Assembly (NCBI GenBank): GCA_031366795.1
Contig: JANLOX010000259.1
Coordinates: 22,613-86,612, forward strand
Direction of reading: 5' to 3'
DNA length: 64,000 nucleotides
Source of the DNA: Candidatus Eiseniibacteriota bacterium
GTDB lineage: Bacteria > Eisenbacteria > RBG-16-71-46
This document shows positions 37,479 through 47,138 of this stretch, one piece after another. Below the pieces are notes generated by a model, which searched no databases, was not told where the DNA came from, and worked only from the letters and a program-made list of their open reading frames with translations. Each line of letters opens with the position of its first letter. Position 1 is the first letter of the stretch. The position numbers and the translations under genes are program-made.

Positions 37479-38969
37479 TTGTTGGGGGTGGCCTTCTTCC
37501 CGGCGCCGCTGGGTTTCGTGGCTTGGTTCGCGCTCATCCCGCTGTTGATCGAGCTCGACCGGCGCATCAGCGCCGGCGATCGCGCTCGCGTGCTGTTCCG
37601 CACCGGCTATGTTTACGGCCTCGCGTTCTACCTGACGGGCATGCACTGGATCGCCCTGCTCTCGAATGTCGCGATGACGACACCGTGGCTCAAGTACCCG
37701 GCGTGGCTGCTGGCGGGCGGCTATCTCGCGTTGTTCGCCGGGCTCACCACGGTGGTTGCGGGCGTCATCGTGAGGCGGCTGCGGTTGTCGCTGGCGATCG
37801 TCTTCCCGGTGGTCGCGCTTGCGGTCGAGGCAGTGCGCGCTTCGGGTGAGATGGGTTTCCCGTGGTTCCAGCCGGGCTACACGCAGCACGCCTACTTGCC
37901 GCTCATCCAAATGGCCGCTCTCGGCAGCGTCTCACTCGTGACGCTGTGGATCTACGCGCTCAATGTGTGCGGCTGGCTGGCGTGGCGTTCACGCCGTCCC
38001 GTGCGCTGGATCGCCGTGGCGCTCTTGTTGGCGTGTCCCTGGGTGCTCGGCGGCATCACGGTGTGGCGCGCGCCGGTGGCTACCGGGCCCGCCGTTGGGC
38101 TCGTCCAGGGTTGCATCCCGGGGGAGATCAAGTGGGCGGGGGGGCATGAGCAGGAAATCTTGAACACCTTCCTCGATCTGTCCACCCAGGCCGCGGCGGA
38201 TTCCCGGCACCCCGGCATCATCATCTGGCCCGAGACCGCGACCGGCAGTTACCTGCGCAAGCAACTCGACCAGCTGCTGGCCGTGACGGAGTTCGCAGGG
38301 ATGCACAAGGTGGACATCTTCTCGGGCACACCGGACTACATGCTCGATAGCACAGGCCAGCCGCGCTACTACAACGCGGGCGCGCTGTTCCGGGCCGAGG
38401 GTCCCTACGATTCGATCTATGCGAAGCGACATCTTGTCCCCTTCGGGGAGCGGATTCCGTTCCAACGCATCATCCCCACTCTCGGCAAGCTACAGTTCGG
38501 GCAGGCGGAATGGACTCCCGGCACTTCGCCCGTCCTGTTTCCGGGCGGTGGCGGCCGTTTTGGTTGTCTCGTGTGTTTCGAGTCGATCTTCCCCGAGCTG
38601 GCGCGCGAGGACGTGCGGCACGGCGCCACCTGGCTCGTCAACATCACGAACGATGAATGGTTTGGATTGGGCGCGGCACTTTACCAGCACGCGGCGATGG
38701 CGGTGTTCCGCGCCGTCGAGAATCGCGTCCCGATTGCGCGTTGCGCCAACACCGGCCTCACCCAGATGATCGATCCCTATGGCCGCATCACCGCGCAAGC
38801 GCCGGTGTGGAAGCCGGCGTTCATCGTGGCGCGGTTGGCCGCGCCGGGGAAGCAGACGCTCTATGGCGCGCTGGGTGACTGGCCGAGTGTGCTGGCGCTG
38901 CTGGCCACGTTCATCGCGTTCGCGGGGTCGCTCGCGCGTGTTTTGACAGGACGGCGGCGCGCTGAATAA
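37479..38969 (+). CDS. lnt: Apolipoprotein N-acyltransferase
   Basis: GFPW, WPET, KRHLVPFGE, CFESIF, NITNDEWF, RAVENR, ANTG. True start may be about 14 codons upstream. Confidence 0.93.
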   Translation: MLGVAFFPAPLGFVAWFALIPLLIELDRRISAGDRARVLFRTGYVYGLAFYLTGMHWIALLSNVAMTTPWLKYPAWLLAGGYLALFAGLTTVVAGVIVRRLRLSLAIVFPVVALAVEAVRASGEMGFPWFQPGYTQHAYLPLIQMAALGSVSLVTLWIYALNVCGWLAWRSRRPVRWIAVALLLACPWVLGGITVWRAPVATGPAVGLVQGCIPGEIKWAGGHEQEILNTFLDLSTQAAADSRHPGIIIWPETATGSYLRKQLDQLLAVTEFAGMHKVDIFSGTPDYMLDSTGQPRYYNAGALFRAEGPYDSIYAKRHLVPFGERIPFQRIIPTLGKLQFGQAEWTPGTSPVLFPGGGGRFGCLVCFESIFPELAREDVRHGATWLVNITNDEWFGLGAALYQHAAMAVFRAVENRVPIARCANTGLTQMIDPYGRITAQAPVWKPAFIVARLAAPGKQTLYGALGDWPSVLALLATFIAFAGSLARVLTGRRRAE

Positions 38970-38972
38970 CAT
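38943..38972 (+). promoter_or_regulatory. Putative sigma70 promoter for asd operon
   Basis: TTGACA-18 bp-TAACAT; the -10 overlaps the lnt stop codon. Confidence 0.6.
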
Positions 38973-39043
38973 GCGCGCCTTCGGTCGCGCTTTGTCTGCC
39001 GCCGGCCACGAACATTCCCGCACCACCTGAATCCGGATAGGGC

Positions 39044-40063
39044 ATGAGCTACCGCGTTGCCGTTCTCGGTGCCACTGGTCTCGTTGGGCGAACCATGCTC
39101 GAACTGCTGGAGGCGCGCGGGTTCCCCGTGAGTGATGCCGTGCTGCTCGCCAGCGAGCGGTCCGCCTCGCGCGAGTTGCCGTTCCGCGGCCGTTCCATCG
39201 CGGTGCGCGCCGTCAGCAGCGAGGGATTCAAGGGGGTCGACGTCGCGTTGTTCGCCAGCGCCAACGCCGTGAGCCAGGAGTGGGCCGGGGCAGCACAGGC
39301 CGCGGGCGCGCTGGTGGTCGACAACAGCAGCGCGTTCCGTTACGTCGATGAAGTGCCGTTGGTCGTGCCCGAGGTCAACGGCGAACTGCTGGATGCCCGC
39401 CCGACGCTGGTCGCCAACCCGAATTGTTCCACCATCGCCATCGTCATGGCGTTGGCACCGTTGGCGCGGGAGATCGGGATCGAGCGCGTCGTCGTCTCGA
39501 CCTACCAGTCGGTCTCGGGTGCCGGATCGCAGGCCGTCGAAGAACTCGAGGCCGGCATTCGCGCCGGGCTCGAAGGGCCGCCCCCGCCGCGCGCGGGAGG
39601 GTTGCCGCCGTTCGCTTTCAACGTGGTGCCGCAGATCGATCGCTTCGAGGCGAACGGCTACTCGCGCGAGGAGATGAAAGTGATCTGGGAGACGCGCAAG
39701 ATCCTGGGCCTGCCCGGGCTGCCGGTCACGGCCACCGCGGTGCGCGTGCCGGTGCGCATCGGCCACGCCGCCGCCATCAACGTCACGTTCCGGCGGGCGA
39801 CCACGCCAGAAGAAGCTCGTGCGCTGTGGGCGAAGACGCCCGGCGTCATTGTGGTGGACGATCCCGCGCAGGGCCGCTACCCGACGCCGCTCGAAGCTGC
39901 GGGCCGCGATGAAGTGCTGGTGGGCCGCGCGCGTCACGACATTTCGCAGCAACATGGGCTCGACTTCTTCGTGGCCTCTGATAACTTGCGCAAGGGTGCC
40001 GCACTCAACGCGGTCCAGATCGCCGAACGCCTCATGGGTGGTCCGAGGGCGAACCGCTCGTGA
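39044..40063 (+). CDS. asd: Aspartate-semialdehyde dehydrogenase
   Basis: GATGLVG, DNSSAFR, NPNCST, YQSVSGAG, DNLRKGAALNAVQIAE. Confidence 0.96.
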   Translation: MSYRVAVLGATGLVGRTMLELLEARGFPVSDAVLLASERSASRELPFRGRSIAVRAVSSEGFKGVDVALFASANAVSQEWAGAAQAAGALVVDNSSAFRYVDEVPLVVPEVNGELLDARPTLVANPNCSTIAIVMALAPLAREIGIERVVVSTYQSVSGAGSQAVEELEAGIRAGLEGPPPPRAGGLPPFAFNVVPQIDRFEANGYSREEMKVIWETRKILGLPGLPVTATAVRVPVRIGHAAAINVTFRRATTPEEARALWAKTPGVIVVDDPAQGRYPTPLEAAGRDEVLVGRARHDISQQHGLDFFVASDNLRKGAALNAVQIAERLMGGPRANRS

Positions 40064-40794
40064 ACTTAAGGCCGGAGCCACGTCCGCCGCGGGCGGCCGG
40101 CCCGGTGCTGCTCGGCGCACTCGTCGCAGCGCTCGTGGCGGGCCGATTCGAGACGGCCCTCGGCTGCGTGCTGCTCGCGGTGCTGACGGCGGCGTGGGCG
40201 GGAGCGCGCATGATTACCACGCGGGACGCGAAGCTGTTGGGCCTCGGGGCAACCGTCGCCATTGTGTTGAATGTCTGGCTCGTGCGGGGCGCGCCGTTGT
40301 TGCCCCTGCCTGGGGGTTGGGCGGGCTCGTGGGAAGGATTGCGCGCGGGTCTCCTGCTGTCGCTGCGGCTGGCGGGCGCCGGCATCGCCCTGCATGGCCT
40401 GCGCTCCGCGTGGCCGGGGGAGCGGGCCGCGGACGAACTCGCGGCGCGCGCGGGATTCCTCGAACGCCTCCGCGTGCCGGTGCGCTCGGCACGTGCCGTC
40501 GCAGGGCTGGCGCTGCGCTTTGCTCCGTTGGTCGCCGCCGAGGCCCAGCGCATCGCCGCGTTGCAAGACCACCGCGCAGGCACACGTCCCCCATCGCGGC
40601 GGCAGTGGCTGGTGCGGCGCCGCGCGTTGGTGGTGCCGTTGCTGGTGTGCACGCTCGAGCGGGCCGAACGCGTCGCACTGGGGCTCGAAGCGAGGCACTA
40701 TCGCGTGCGCCCGGTGCCCCACGTCGCGCGGCCGCTGGGCGCCGAATTGTTCGCGCTCGCGTTGATTGCCACCTCGGTTCTCTGGCGTGCGTGA
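40060..40794 (+). CDS. Energy-coupling factor transmembrane component T (EcfT/CbiQ family)
   Basis: Multi-TM; ALRFAP..E..RI...Q..R and LERAE..A..LEARHY coupling-helix motifs. Confidence 0.75.
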   Translation: MNLRPEPRPPRAAGPVLLGALVAALVAGRFETALGCVLLAVLTAAWAGARMITTRDAKLLGLGATVAIVLNVWLVRGAPLLPLPGGWAGSWEGLRAGLLLSLRLAGAGIALHGLRSAWPGERAADELAARAGFLERLRVPVRSARAVAGLALRFAPLVAAEAQRIAALQDHRAGTRPPSRRQWLVRRRALVVPLLVCTLERAERVALGLEARHYRVRPVPHVARPLGAELFALALIATSVLWRA

Positions 40795-41544
40795 ATGCGA
40801 ACATTCCGGCTACTCATAGGGTACGATGGCACTGCCTTCCACGGCTGGCAGGTCCAACCTGGTCTGCGCACCGTGCAGGGCGTGCTGGAGGAAGCGGTGC
40901 ACGGCATCCTGAATGGCGAGACGCCACGCGTGTCGGGAGCGGGACGGACCGATGTCGGAGTGCATGCGAGAGGGCAGGTCGCTTCATTCCAGGCCGTGTT
41001 GAACGTGCCGGGCCACGCGCTGGCCCCGCTGCTCAATCGCCGCCTGCCGCGGGATGTGCGCGTCCGCTCCGCCACCGAGGCAGCACCGCCGTTTCACGCG
41101 CGGCATTACGCGCGCGGCAGGCGCTACGCCTACCGGGTGCTCGAGACGGACGATGTGCTGCTGGAGCGCTTCGCCTGGAACATCCGCCGCGTTCCCGATT
41201 GGGAGAAGGTGCAGCAGGCGACGCGCGTGCTCGAAGGTGAGCAGGACTTCAGCGCCGTCGCAGCGGCGGGGAGCGCCGTCGGTTCGAATAACTGCAAGGT
41301 GCGTCGCGCGCGCTGGAGACTGCAGCGGGGCGGGGCGAGGCTGGACATCGTGTCCGACCATTTCCTGTATCACATGGTGCGCAACGTGGTGAGCACCGTG
41401 TTGCGGGCCTCGCGCGACAGCGATCCCGCTGCCACGATGCGTGACATCCTTGCCTCACGAAACCGCGCGCGCGCCGCGGGAACCGCGCCCGCGCATGGAC
41501 TTTGCCTTGAAGCGGTCCACTACCCGGTGGAGGACGTGTCATGA
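40795..41544 (+). CDS. truA: tRNA pseudouridine(38-40) synthase
   Basis: YDGTAFHGWQ, GRTDVGVHA, FLYHMVR, APAHGLCL. Confidence 0.95.
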   Translation: MRTFRLLIGYDGTAFHGWQVQPGLRTVQGVLEEAVHGILNGETPRVSGAGRTDVGVHARGQVASFQAVLNVPGHALAPLLNRRLPRDVRVRSATEAAPPFHARHYARGRRYAYRVLETDDVLLERFAWNIRRVPDWEKVQQATRVLEGEQDFSAVAAAGSAVGSNNCKVRRARWRLQRGGARLDIVSDHFLYHMVRNVVSTVLRASRDSDPAATMRDILASRNRARAAGTAPAHGLCLEAVHYPVEDVS

Positions 41545-42707
41545 ATCGCAGGGGTTTGAATGTCGCGGTCATCGCGCTGGTTGCGGCACTTAGTCTTGGG
41601 CAGGTCCCCATCGTCGGGGCAGCACCCGCGCGCGGCGCCGGCGCGCCGGCCCGGCGCCCCGGTTCCGGCGACCTGCCGGCCTCGCGGCGCAGCGCTATTG
41701 TCACCGCGGCGCAGCGGGTCAGCCCCGCAGTGGTGTCGGTGAGCGTGGTGACGACGCGATTGGTCCGCACGGATCCTTTCGGCGGCCTGCTGCATGACGA
41801 GTTCTTCGAGCGGTTCTATCCACCGTCGATGGTTCGCGAAAAGGTGCCGGGACTTGGGTCAGGCGTCATCGTCGACCCGAAGGGGCTGATCCTCACCAAC
41901 GAGCATGTGGTGCGGGATGCCGAGCAGATCACCGTGACATTGCCCGGAGGCAGGCAGTTGCCGGGTAAGTTGCTGGGGTCCAGCGGCGCTTGCGATCTCG
42001 CGGTGATCAAGGTGGAGGGCGGAGCGTTGCCTGCCGCCATGCTCGGCAATAGCGATGGATTGGTCGTCGGGGAGTGGGCGATCGCCATCGGCAATCCGTT
42101 CGGCTACCTGCTCGATGACACACAGCCAACCGTGACCGCGGGGGTGGTCAGTGCCACGCGCCGGGACATCAAGTCGGAAGCCACGGGCAATGGCGTCTAC
42201 AAGGACATGATCCAGACCGACGCCGCGATCAATCCCGGCAACAGCGGCGGCCCGTTGGTGAACGCCGATGGCGAAGTGGTCGGCATCAACACCTTCATCT
42301 TCACGCAGGGCGGCGGCTCGCTGGGGATCGGTTTCGCGATTCCCATTAATCGCGCGCGGCGCATTCTCGATGAGATCAACCGCTTCGGCCGAGTGCGCAC
42401 TGCATGGCCCGGCATGCAGGTGCAGGCGGTCACGCCCTACCTGGCGCAGCGCCTCGGCTACACCGAAGCGCGCGGTCTGCTGGTGACGCGCGTGGACGTG
42501 GGCGGCCCTGCGGCGGCGGGTGGATTGTTGGTCGGCGATCGCATCATGAAGGTGAATGGCGTGGAGGTGCGTTCGGTCGACGACGCGCAGCGCGCGATCT
42601 ACGGCGCGGCGGTCGGCGACAAACTCGAGCTCGGTTTCGAGCGCGAGGGGAAACCGCGCGCGGTATTCTTGACCTTGCGCGAGGCGCCGGCCGAGGGCCA
42701 ACCATGA
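41541..42707 (+). CDS. HtrA/DegP-family periplasmic serine protease with one PDZ domain
   Basis: Signal peptide, GSGVI, TNEHVV, DLAV, QTDAAINPGNSGGPL, PDZ. Confidence 0.93.
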   Translation: MNRRGLNVAVIALVAALSLGQVPIVGAAPARGAGAPARRPGSGDLPASRRSAIVTAAQRVSPAVVSVSVVTTRLVRTDPFGGLLHDEFFERFYPPSMVREKVPGLGSGVIVDPKGLILTNEHVVRDAEQITVTLPGGRQLPGKLLGSSGACDLAVIKVEGGALPAAMLGNSDGLVVGEWAIAIGNPFGYLLDDTQPTVTAGVVSATRRDIKSEATGNGVYKDMIQTDAAINPGNSGGPLVNADGEVVGINTFIFTQGGGSLGIGFAIPINRARRILDEINRFGRVRTAWPGMQVQAVTPYLAQRLGYTEARGLLVTRVDVGGPAAAGGLLVGDRIMKVNGVEVRSVDDAQRAIYGAAVGDKLELGFEREGKPRAVFLTLREAPAEGQP

Positions 42708-44002
42708 TCCCGCGCTACTGTGGGCCCCGGATGTCCGTGGTGTGGGATGACGGGCATCGCCTGGAACTGTGGCTGCGTGTCGAAGTGGCGGTGACCGAGG
42801 CGCGCGAACCGGACGCGGTCCCGGCCGGCACTGCGGCGCGCATTCGAGGGACGGCGCGCATTAATGCGGCGCGCATGGAGGCGATCGAGGCGGACGTGCG
42901 GCATGACGTGATCGCGTTCCTCAGCATGATCGCCGAAACCGCCGGGGACGATGCCCGGCACCTGCACGCGGGGATGACCTCCTCGGACCTCGTCGACACG
43001 GCACTCGCCCTGCAACTCGTCGAGGCGGGCGGATTGTTGCGCGGCAGCCTGGGCGCATTGCAGCGCTCGGCATGGGCGTTGGCGCAGCGTCACCGGCATG
43101 TGCCGCAGGTGGGCAGGACGCATGGCATGCACGCGGAACCCATCACGTTCGGGTTGAAGGCGCTGGGGTGGAGCGAGGCGCTGGGCCGCGACCGCGAACG
43201 CGTCGGCATTGCCTTGGACGCGATCGCCGTGGGCAAGATTTCGGGCGCGGTGGGAACCTTCGCGCACCTTGGGCCTGAGATCGAGGCGCGCGCACTGGGG
43301 GCGCTGGGGTTGCGGGCCGAGCCGGTGGCAACTCAAGTGGTGCCGCGCGACCGGCACGCCGCGCTGCTTGCTTCGATGGCCGTGGCGGCCGGCACGCTCG
43401 AACGCATCGCGGTCGAGATCCGTCACCTGCAGCGGTCCGAAGTGCGCGAGGCCGCGGAACCGTTCGAGCGGCTCCAGAAGGGCTCCTCGGCGATGCCGCA
43501 CAAGCGCAATCCCGTGCGGTGCGAGCGCATCAGCGGGCTTGCGCGGCTCGTGCGCTCGCACGCGCAGGCGGGATTCGAGAACGAAGCCCTGTGGCACGAG
43601 CGCGATATCAGTCACTCCTCGGTCGAGCGCGTGATCCTGCCGGATGCTTTCCTGCTGTTGGACTTCATGGCCACCGAATTGCGCGAGGTGCTCGATGGAC
43701 TGGTGGTCGATGCGGCGCAGATGCGCCGCAACCTGGACGCCGGCGGCGGGTTGGTGCACTCGCAGCGCGTCTTGTTGGCGCTGACCGCGGCAGGCATGGC
43801 GCGTGACCTGGCCTACCGCATCGTGCAGGAACACGCGCTTGCGGCGCTCGAGGGTGCGAGTGAATTTCGCGCCGGCCTTGAAGCTGATGCGCGCGTGAGC
43901 GAGCGGTTGGCCGCCGCCGCTCTGGCCGCGTGTTTCGATCTCGAGCCGACATTGCGTCATGTCGATGCGCTGTTCGCGCGCGCGACGGAGCCCGTGGCGT
44001 GA
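42704..44002 (+). CDS. purB: Adenylosuccinate lyase
   Basis: MIPRY, HDVIAF, GRTHG, GSSAMPHKRNP, HERDISHSS. Confidence 0.96.
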   Translation: MIPRYCGPRMSVVWDDGHRLELWLRVEVAVTEAREPDAVPAGTAARIRGTARINAARMEAIEADVRHDVIAFLSMIAETAGDDARHLHAGMTSSDLVDTALALQLVEAGGLLRGSLGALQRSAWALAQRHRHVPQVGRTHGMHAEPITFGLKALGWSEALGRDRERVGIALDAIAVGKISGAVGTFAHLGPEIEARALGALGLRAEPVATQVVPRDRHAALLASMAVAAGTLERIAVEIRHLQRSEVREAAEPFERLQKGSSAMPHKRNPVRCERISGLARLVRSHAQAGFENEALWHERDISHSSVERVILPDAFLLLDFMATELREVLDGLVVDAAQMRRNLDAGGGLVHSQRVLLALTAAGMARDLAYRIVQEHALAALEGASEFRAGLEADARVSERLAAAALAACFDLEPTLRHVDALFARATEPVA

Positions 44003-46344
44003 AGCCGCTCCTCCGCGCCGAAGCCGCGTGGACTGCGGCGGAATTGCGGGATGCCGAGGCCGTGTCGCGCCGGTTGCGCGCTCGCGGGGTGCGGCTGGAT
44101 GCGGGGGAAGTGCGGCTGCTGAACTCATTGCTTGGGCGGGAGCCGCTGTGGCCCGAGGCCGTGCTGTTCGGGATCCTGTGGAGCGAGCACTGCTCCTACA
44201 AGTCCACGCGCGCCCTGCTCAAGCGTCTGCCGACGCGCGCGCCGCAGGTGGTGCTGGGGCCGGGTGAGGATGCCGGTGTCGTCTCGCTGCCTTCGCCGTG
44301 CGAGGACATCGTGCTGGTGATGGGCCATGAGAGCCACAATCACCCGAGCCAGGTGTTGCCGGTGGAGGGTGCCGCGACGGGCGTCGGCGGCATCGTGCGC
44401 GATGTCGCATGCATGGGGGCCGAGGTGATCGGTGTGATGGATGCGTTGCGCTTCGGCGATCCGCGCTCCGGCGTGGCCGTGCGTGATGTCGTGCGTGGGG
44501 TGGTGCAGGGGGTGGCATCCTACGCCAACGCGCTCGGGGTGCCGAACCTGGGTGGCGACACGGTGTTCGATGCGGCGTTCAATCGCAATTGCCTCGTGAA
44601 TGTCTGCGCGGTGGGGCTGGCGCCCGCGAGCGGTGTGCTGCGCAGTCGCGTGCCTGACGGACCCGGGCCCTGGGTGTTCGTGCTGGTCGGCAAGCCGACG
44701 GATGAGAGCGGCTTCGGGGGCGCGGCGTTCGCGTCCGAAGCGCTGAGTCACGCCGACGACCGCGGCGCCGTGCAGCTGCCGGATCCTTTCCTCAAACGCA
44801 TCCTGCTGGTGGCGGGACAGGAAGTGTTCGCACGGATTCGCGCACGGAACATTCCCGCCGGCTTGAAGGACCTGGGCGCCGGCGGCGTGGCGTGCGCCAC
44901 CAGCGAACTCGCGGCAGCCGGTGGACGGGGCGCGCGCATCACGCTGGATCACCTGCACCGCGTGCCGCGGACGCTGCCGCCGGAAGTGCTGTTGTGCTCC
45001 GAGACGCAGGAACGTTTCTGCTGGGTGATCCCGGCCAGTTTCGCGGACGAGTTGTGCGATCTTTACAACCGCGAGTTCGCGTTGGGCGACATCGTGCCTC
45101 ACGCTGCGGCGCGGGTCATCGGCGTGGCAACGGATGACGGGCAGTTCACCGTGACGTGGCAGGGCGAGACCGTGATCGATTGCCCCGTCGAAGCGATCAC
45201 CTTAGGGACCGCGGTGTCGCGACCGGCTGCCGTTCGCGGGCGCGCCGTGACGGCGTGCGATGCCACCGGGACCTCGTTGCAGGACGCACTCCCGCGCCTG
45301 CTCGGCAGCTTCGCCGGAGCCTCGCGGGAATACCTGTTCCGTCACTACGACAGCGAAGTCCAGGGGCGCACGTGGCTGCGTCCGGGTGAAGCCGACGCGG
45401 TGGTGCTGCGAACGCATCCGCAGCGTGACGCGGGTCTCGCGTTTGCGGTGGGCGGCAATGCGGCGTGGTGCGACGCCGATCCTGAATTGGGCGCGATGCA
45501 CGCCGTCGCGGAGGCCTCGCGCAAAGTGGCGATCGCGGGAGGCGTGCCGTGGGCGCTCACCGATTGCCTCAACTTCGGCGATGCCGAAGATCCCGAAGTG
45601 ATGGGCGAGTTGGCTGCGAGTATCGCTGGCTTGAGCGAAGCGGCGAACGCGCTCGGCGGTCTCGCCTCTGCGGGTGCGGCGCTGCCGTTCGTCAGTGGGA
45701 ACGTGAGCCTCTACAACAATACAGGCGGCCGCTCGATTCCGCCGGCACCCATCGTCATGTGCGCCGGTGTGCTCGAGCGCGTCGCGAACGCCGTGCCGTC
45801 CGCGCTCGTTCGAACCGGCGATACCCTGGTGCTGGTCGGCGCTGCGCGCACCACGCTTGCGGGTTCATCCTTCGCGCGGGAGTGCTTGACCAACCTGAGC
45901 AACGGCGCGCCGCCACTCGATCTCGCTGCCGAGGCGCGGTTGCAGGCGCTTTCCGTCGAGTCCGCGCACTTGAGGCTAGCGAGCGCTGCGCATGGTGTCT
46001 CGCAGGGCGGCCTGCTCATGGCGGTCGCTGAGATGCTGCTGGGGGGACCGCCGGAATTGCGTGCGGGTGCCCGCCTGGACGTGAGCGGCTTGGGCGCCGC
46101 CCGGGAAGTGGCGTTGTTCGATGCCAGCCCCGGGATCGTGTTTTCGGTAGCGGCTGCGGGGGCTCAAGGGTTCCTCGACGCCGCGGCCGCGCATGGGCTC
46201 ACCGGTTGGCCGGTCGGCCGTGTCGTCGCGAACGGCATCCTCGAGGTGGGGACTGGGCCTGAGCGGTTGGCGTGGGAGGTTGAAGCGCTGCGTCTCGCCG
46301 CCCAACTGCCGCTGTCGCAATTGTGGAATGAGGAACTCGCCTGA
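43999..46344 (+). CDS. purL: FGAM synthase subunit PurL (small type)
   Basis: WSEHCSYKS, ESHNHPS, GAATGVGGIVRD, DLGAGG, SETQER, SGNVSLYN. Confidence 0.95.
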   Translation: MKPLLRAEAAWTAAELRDAEAVSRRLRARGVRLDAGEVRLLNSLLGREPLWPEAVLFGILWSEHCSYKSTRALLKRLPTRAPQVVLGPGEDAGVVSLPSPCEDIVLVMGHESHNHPSQVLPVEGAATGVGGIVRDVACMGAEVIGVMDALRFGDPRSGVAVRDVVRGVVQGVASYANALGVPNLGGDTVFDAAFNRNCLVNVCAVGLAPASGVLRSRVPDGPGPWVFVLVGKPTDESGFGGAAFASEALSHADDRGAVQLPDPFLKRILLVAGQEVFARIRARNIPAGLKDLGAGGVACATSELAAAGGRGARITLDHLHRVPRTLPPEVLLCSETQERFCWVIPASFADELCDLYNREFALGDIVPHAAARVIGVATDDGQFTVTWQGETVIDCPVEAITLGTAVSRPAAVRGRAVTACDATGTSLQDALPRLLGSFAGASREYLFRHYDSEVQGRTWLRPGEADAVVLRTHPQRDAGLAFAVGGNAAWCDADPELGAMHAVAEASRKVAIAGGVPWALTDCLNFGDAEDPEVMGELAASIAGLSEAANALGGLASAGAALPFVSGNVSLYNNTGGRSIPPAPIVMCAGVLERVANAVPSALVRTGDTLVLVGAARTTLAGSSFARECLTNLSNGAPPLDLAAEARLQALSVESAHLRLASAAHGVSQGGLLMAVAEMLLGGPPELRAGARLDVSGLGAAREVALFDASPGIVFSVAAAGAQGFLDAAAAHGLTGWPVGRVVANGILEVGTGPERLAWEVEALRLAAQLPLSQLWNEELA

Positions 46345-47135
46345 TGACCGCGCGCATCGCCATCTTGCAGCTGCCGGGCGTCAACTGCGAGACCGAGACC
46401 GGCTGGGCGCTCGAACGCGCGGGGCTCGAAGCGGAGGTGTTTCGCTGGACGCGGGCGGCTCGGGGGTTAAGGGACTTCCAGGGCTATGTGATCCCCGGCG
46501 GCTTCTCGTACCAGGACCGGGTGCGCGCCGGCGCGCTCGCCGCGAAGTCGCCGCTCATCGAAGTGCTCGCCGAGGAGGCGGAGCGCGGCAAGCCTGTTTT
46601 GGGGATCTGCAACGGCGCTCAGGTGCTCGTTGAGGCGGGACTCGTTCCCGGGGGAGGGCGCGTTGAACTCGCACTGGCGCGCAACCGCATGACCGGTCGC
46701 GTGGGCTACTATTCATGCTGGGTGCGCGTGCGCATCGAAGAGTCCCCGTGCCTCTTTACTCACGGCATGGCGCCCGGCAGTGTGTTGCCTCTGCCGATGG
46801 CGCATGGGGAGGGACGCTTCACCGGCGCGCCGGGGCATATGGCATCGCTGGTGCGCAGTGGGCAGGTGCCGCTGCGCTACGCCGATGCCCGCGGTGAGGT
46901 CGCCTCGCGTTTCCCCGATGCGCCCAACGGCGCCGAGGAAGCCGCGGCCGCGGTGTGCAATGCGCGCGGCAACGTCATGGCGATCATGCCGCACCCCGAG
47001 CGTGCCCTGGATCGCGGCGCGACGGCGCGCATGATGAACGGTAAGTGGAGCGCAGGCGCACCCGGTGCGCCCGCGGCGGATGGCCCGGGGTTGGCATTGT
47101 TCAGGGCGTTGCACGGTTACCTGGTGGAGGCCTAA
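46344..47135 (+). CDS. purQ: FGAM synthase glutaminase subunit
   Basis: PGVNCE, PGGFSYQD, GICNG, HGEG, MPHPER. Confidence 0.95.
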   Translation: MTARIAILQLPGVNCETETGWALERAGLEAEVFRWTRAARGLRDFQGYVIPGGFSYQDRVRAGALAAKSPLIEVLAEEAERGKPVLGICNGAQVLVEAGLVPGGGRVELALARNRMTGRVGYYSCWVRVRIEESPCLFTHGMAPGSVLPLPMAHGEGRFTGAPGHMASLVRSGQVPLRYADARGEVASRFPDAPNGAEEAAAAVCNARGNVMAIMPHPERALDRGATARMMNGKWSAGAPGAPAADGPGLALFRALHGYLVEA

Positions 47136-47138
47136 GGG

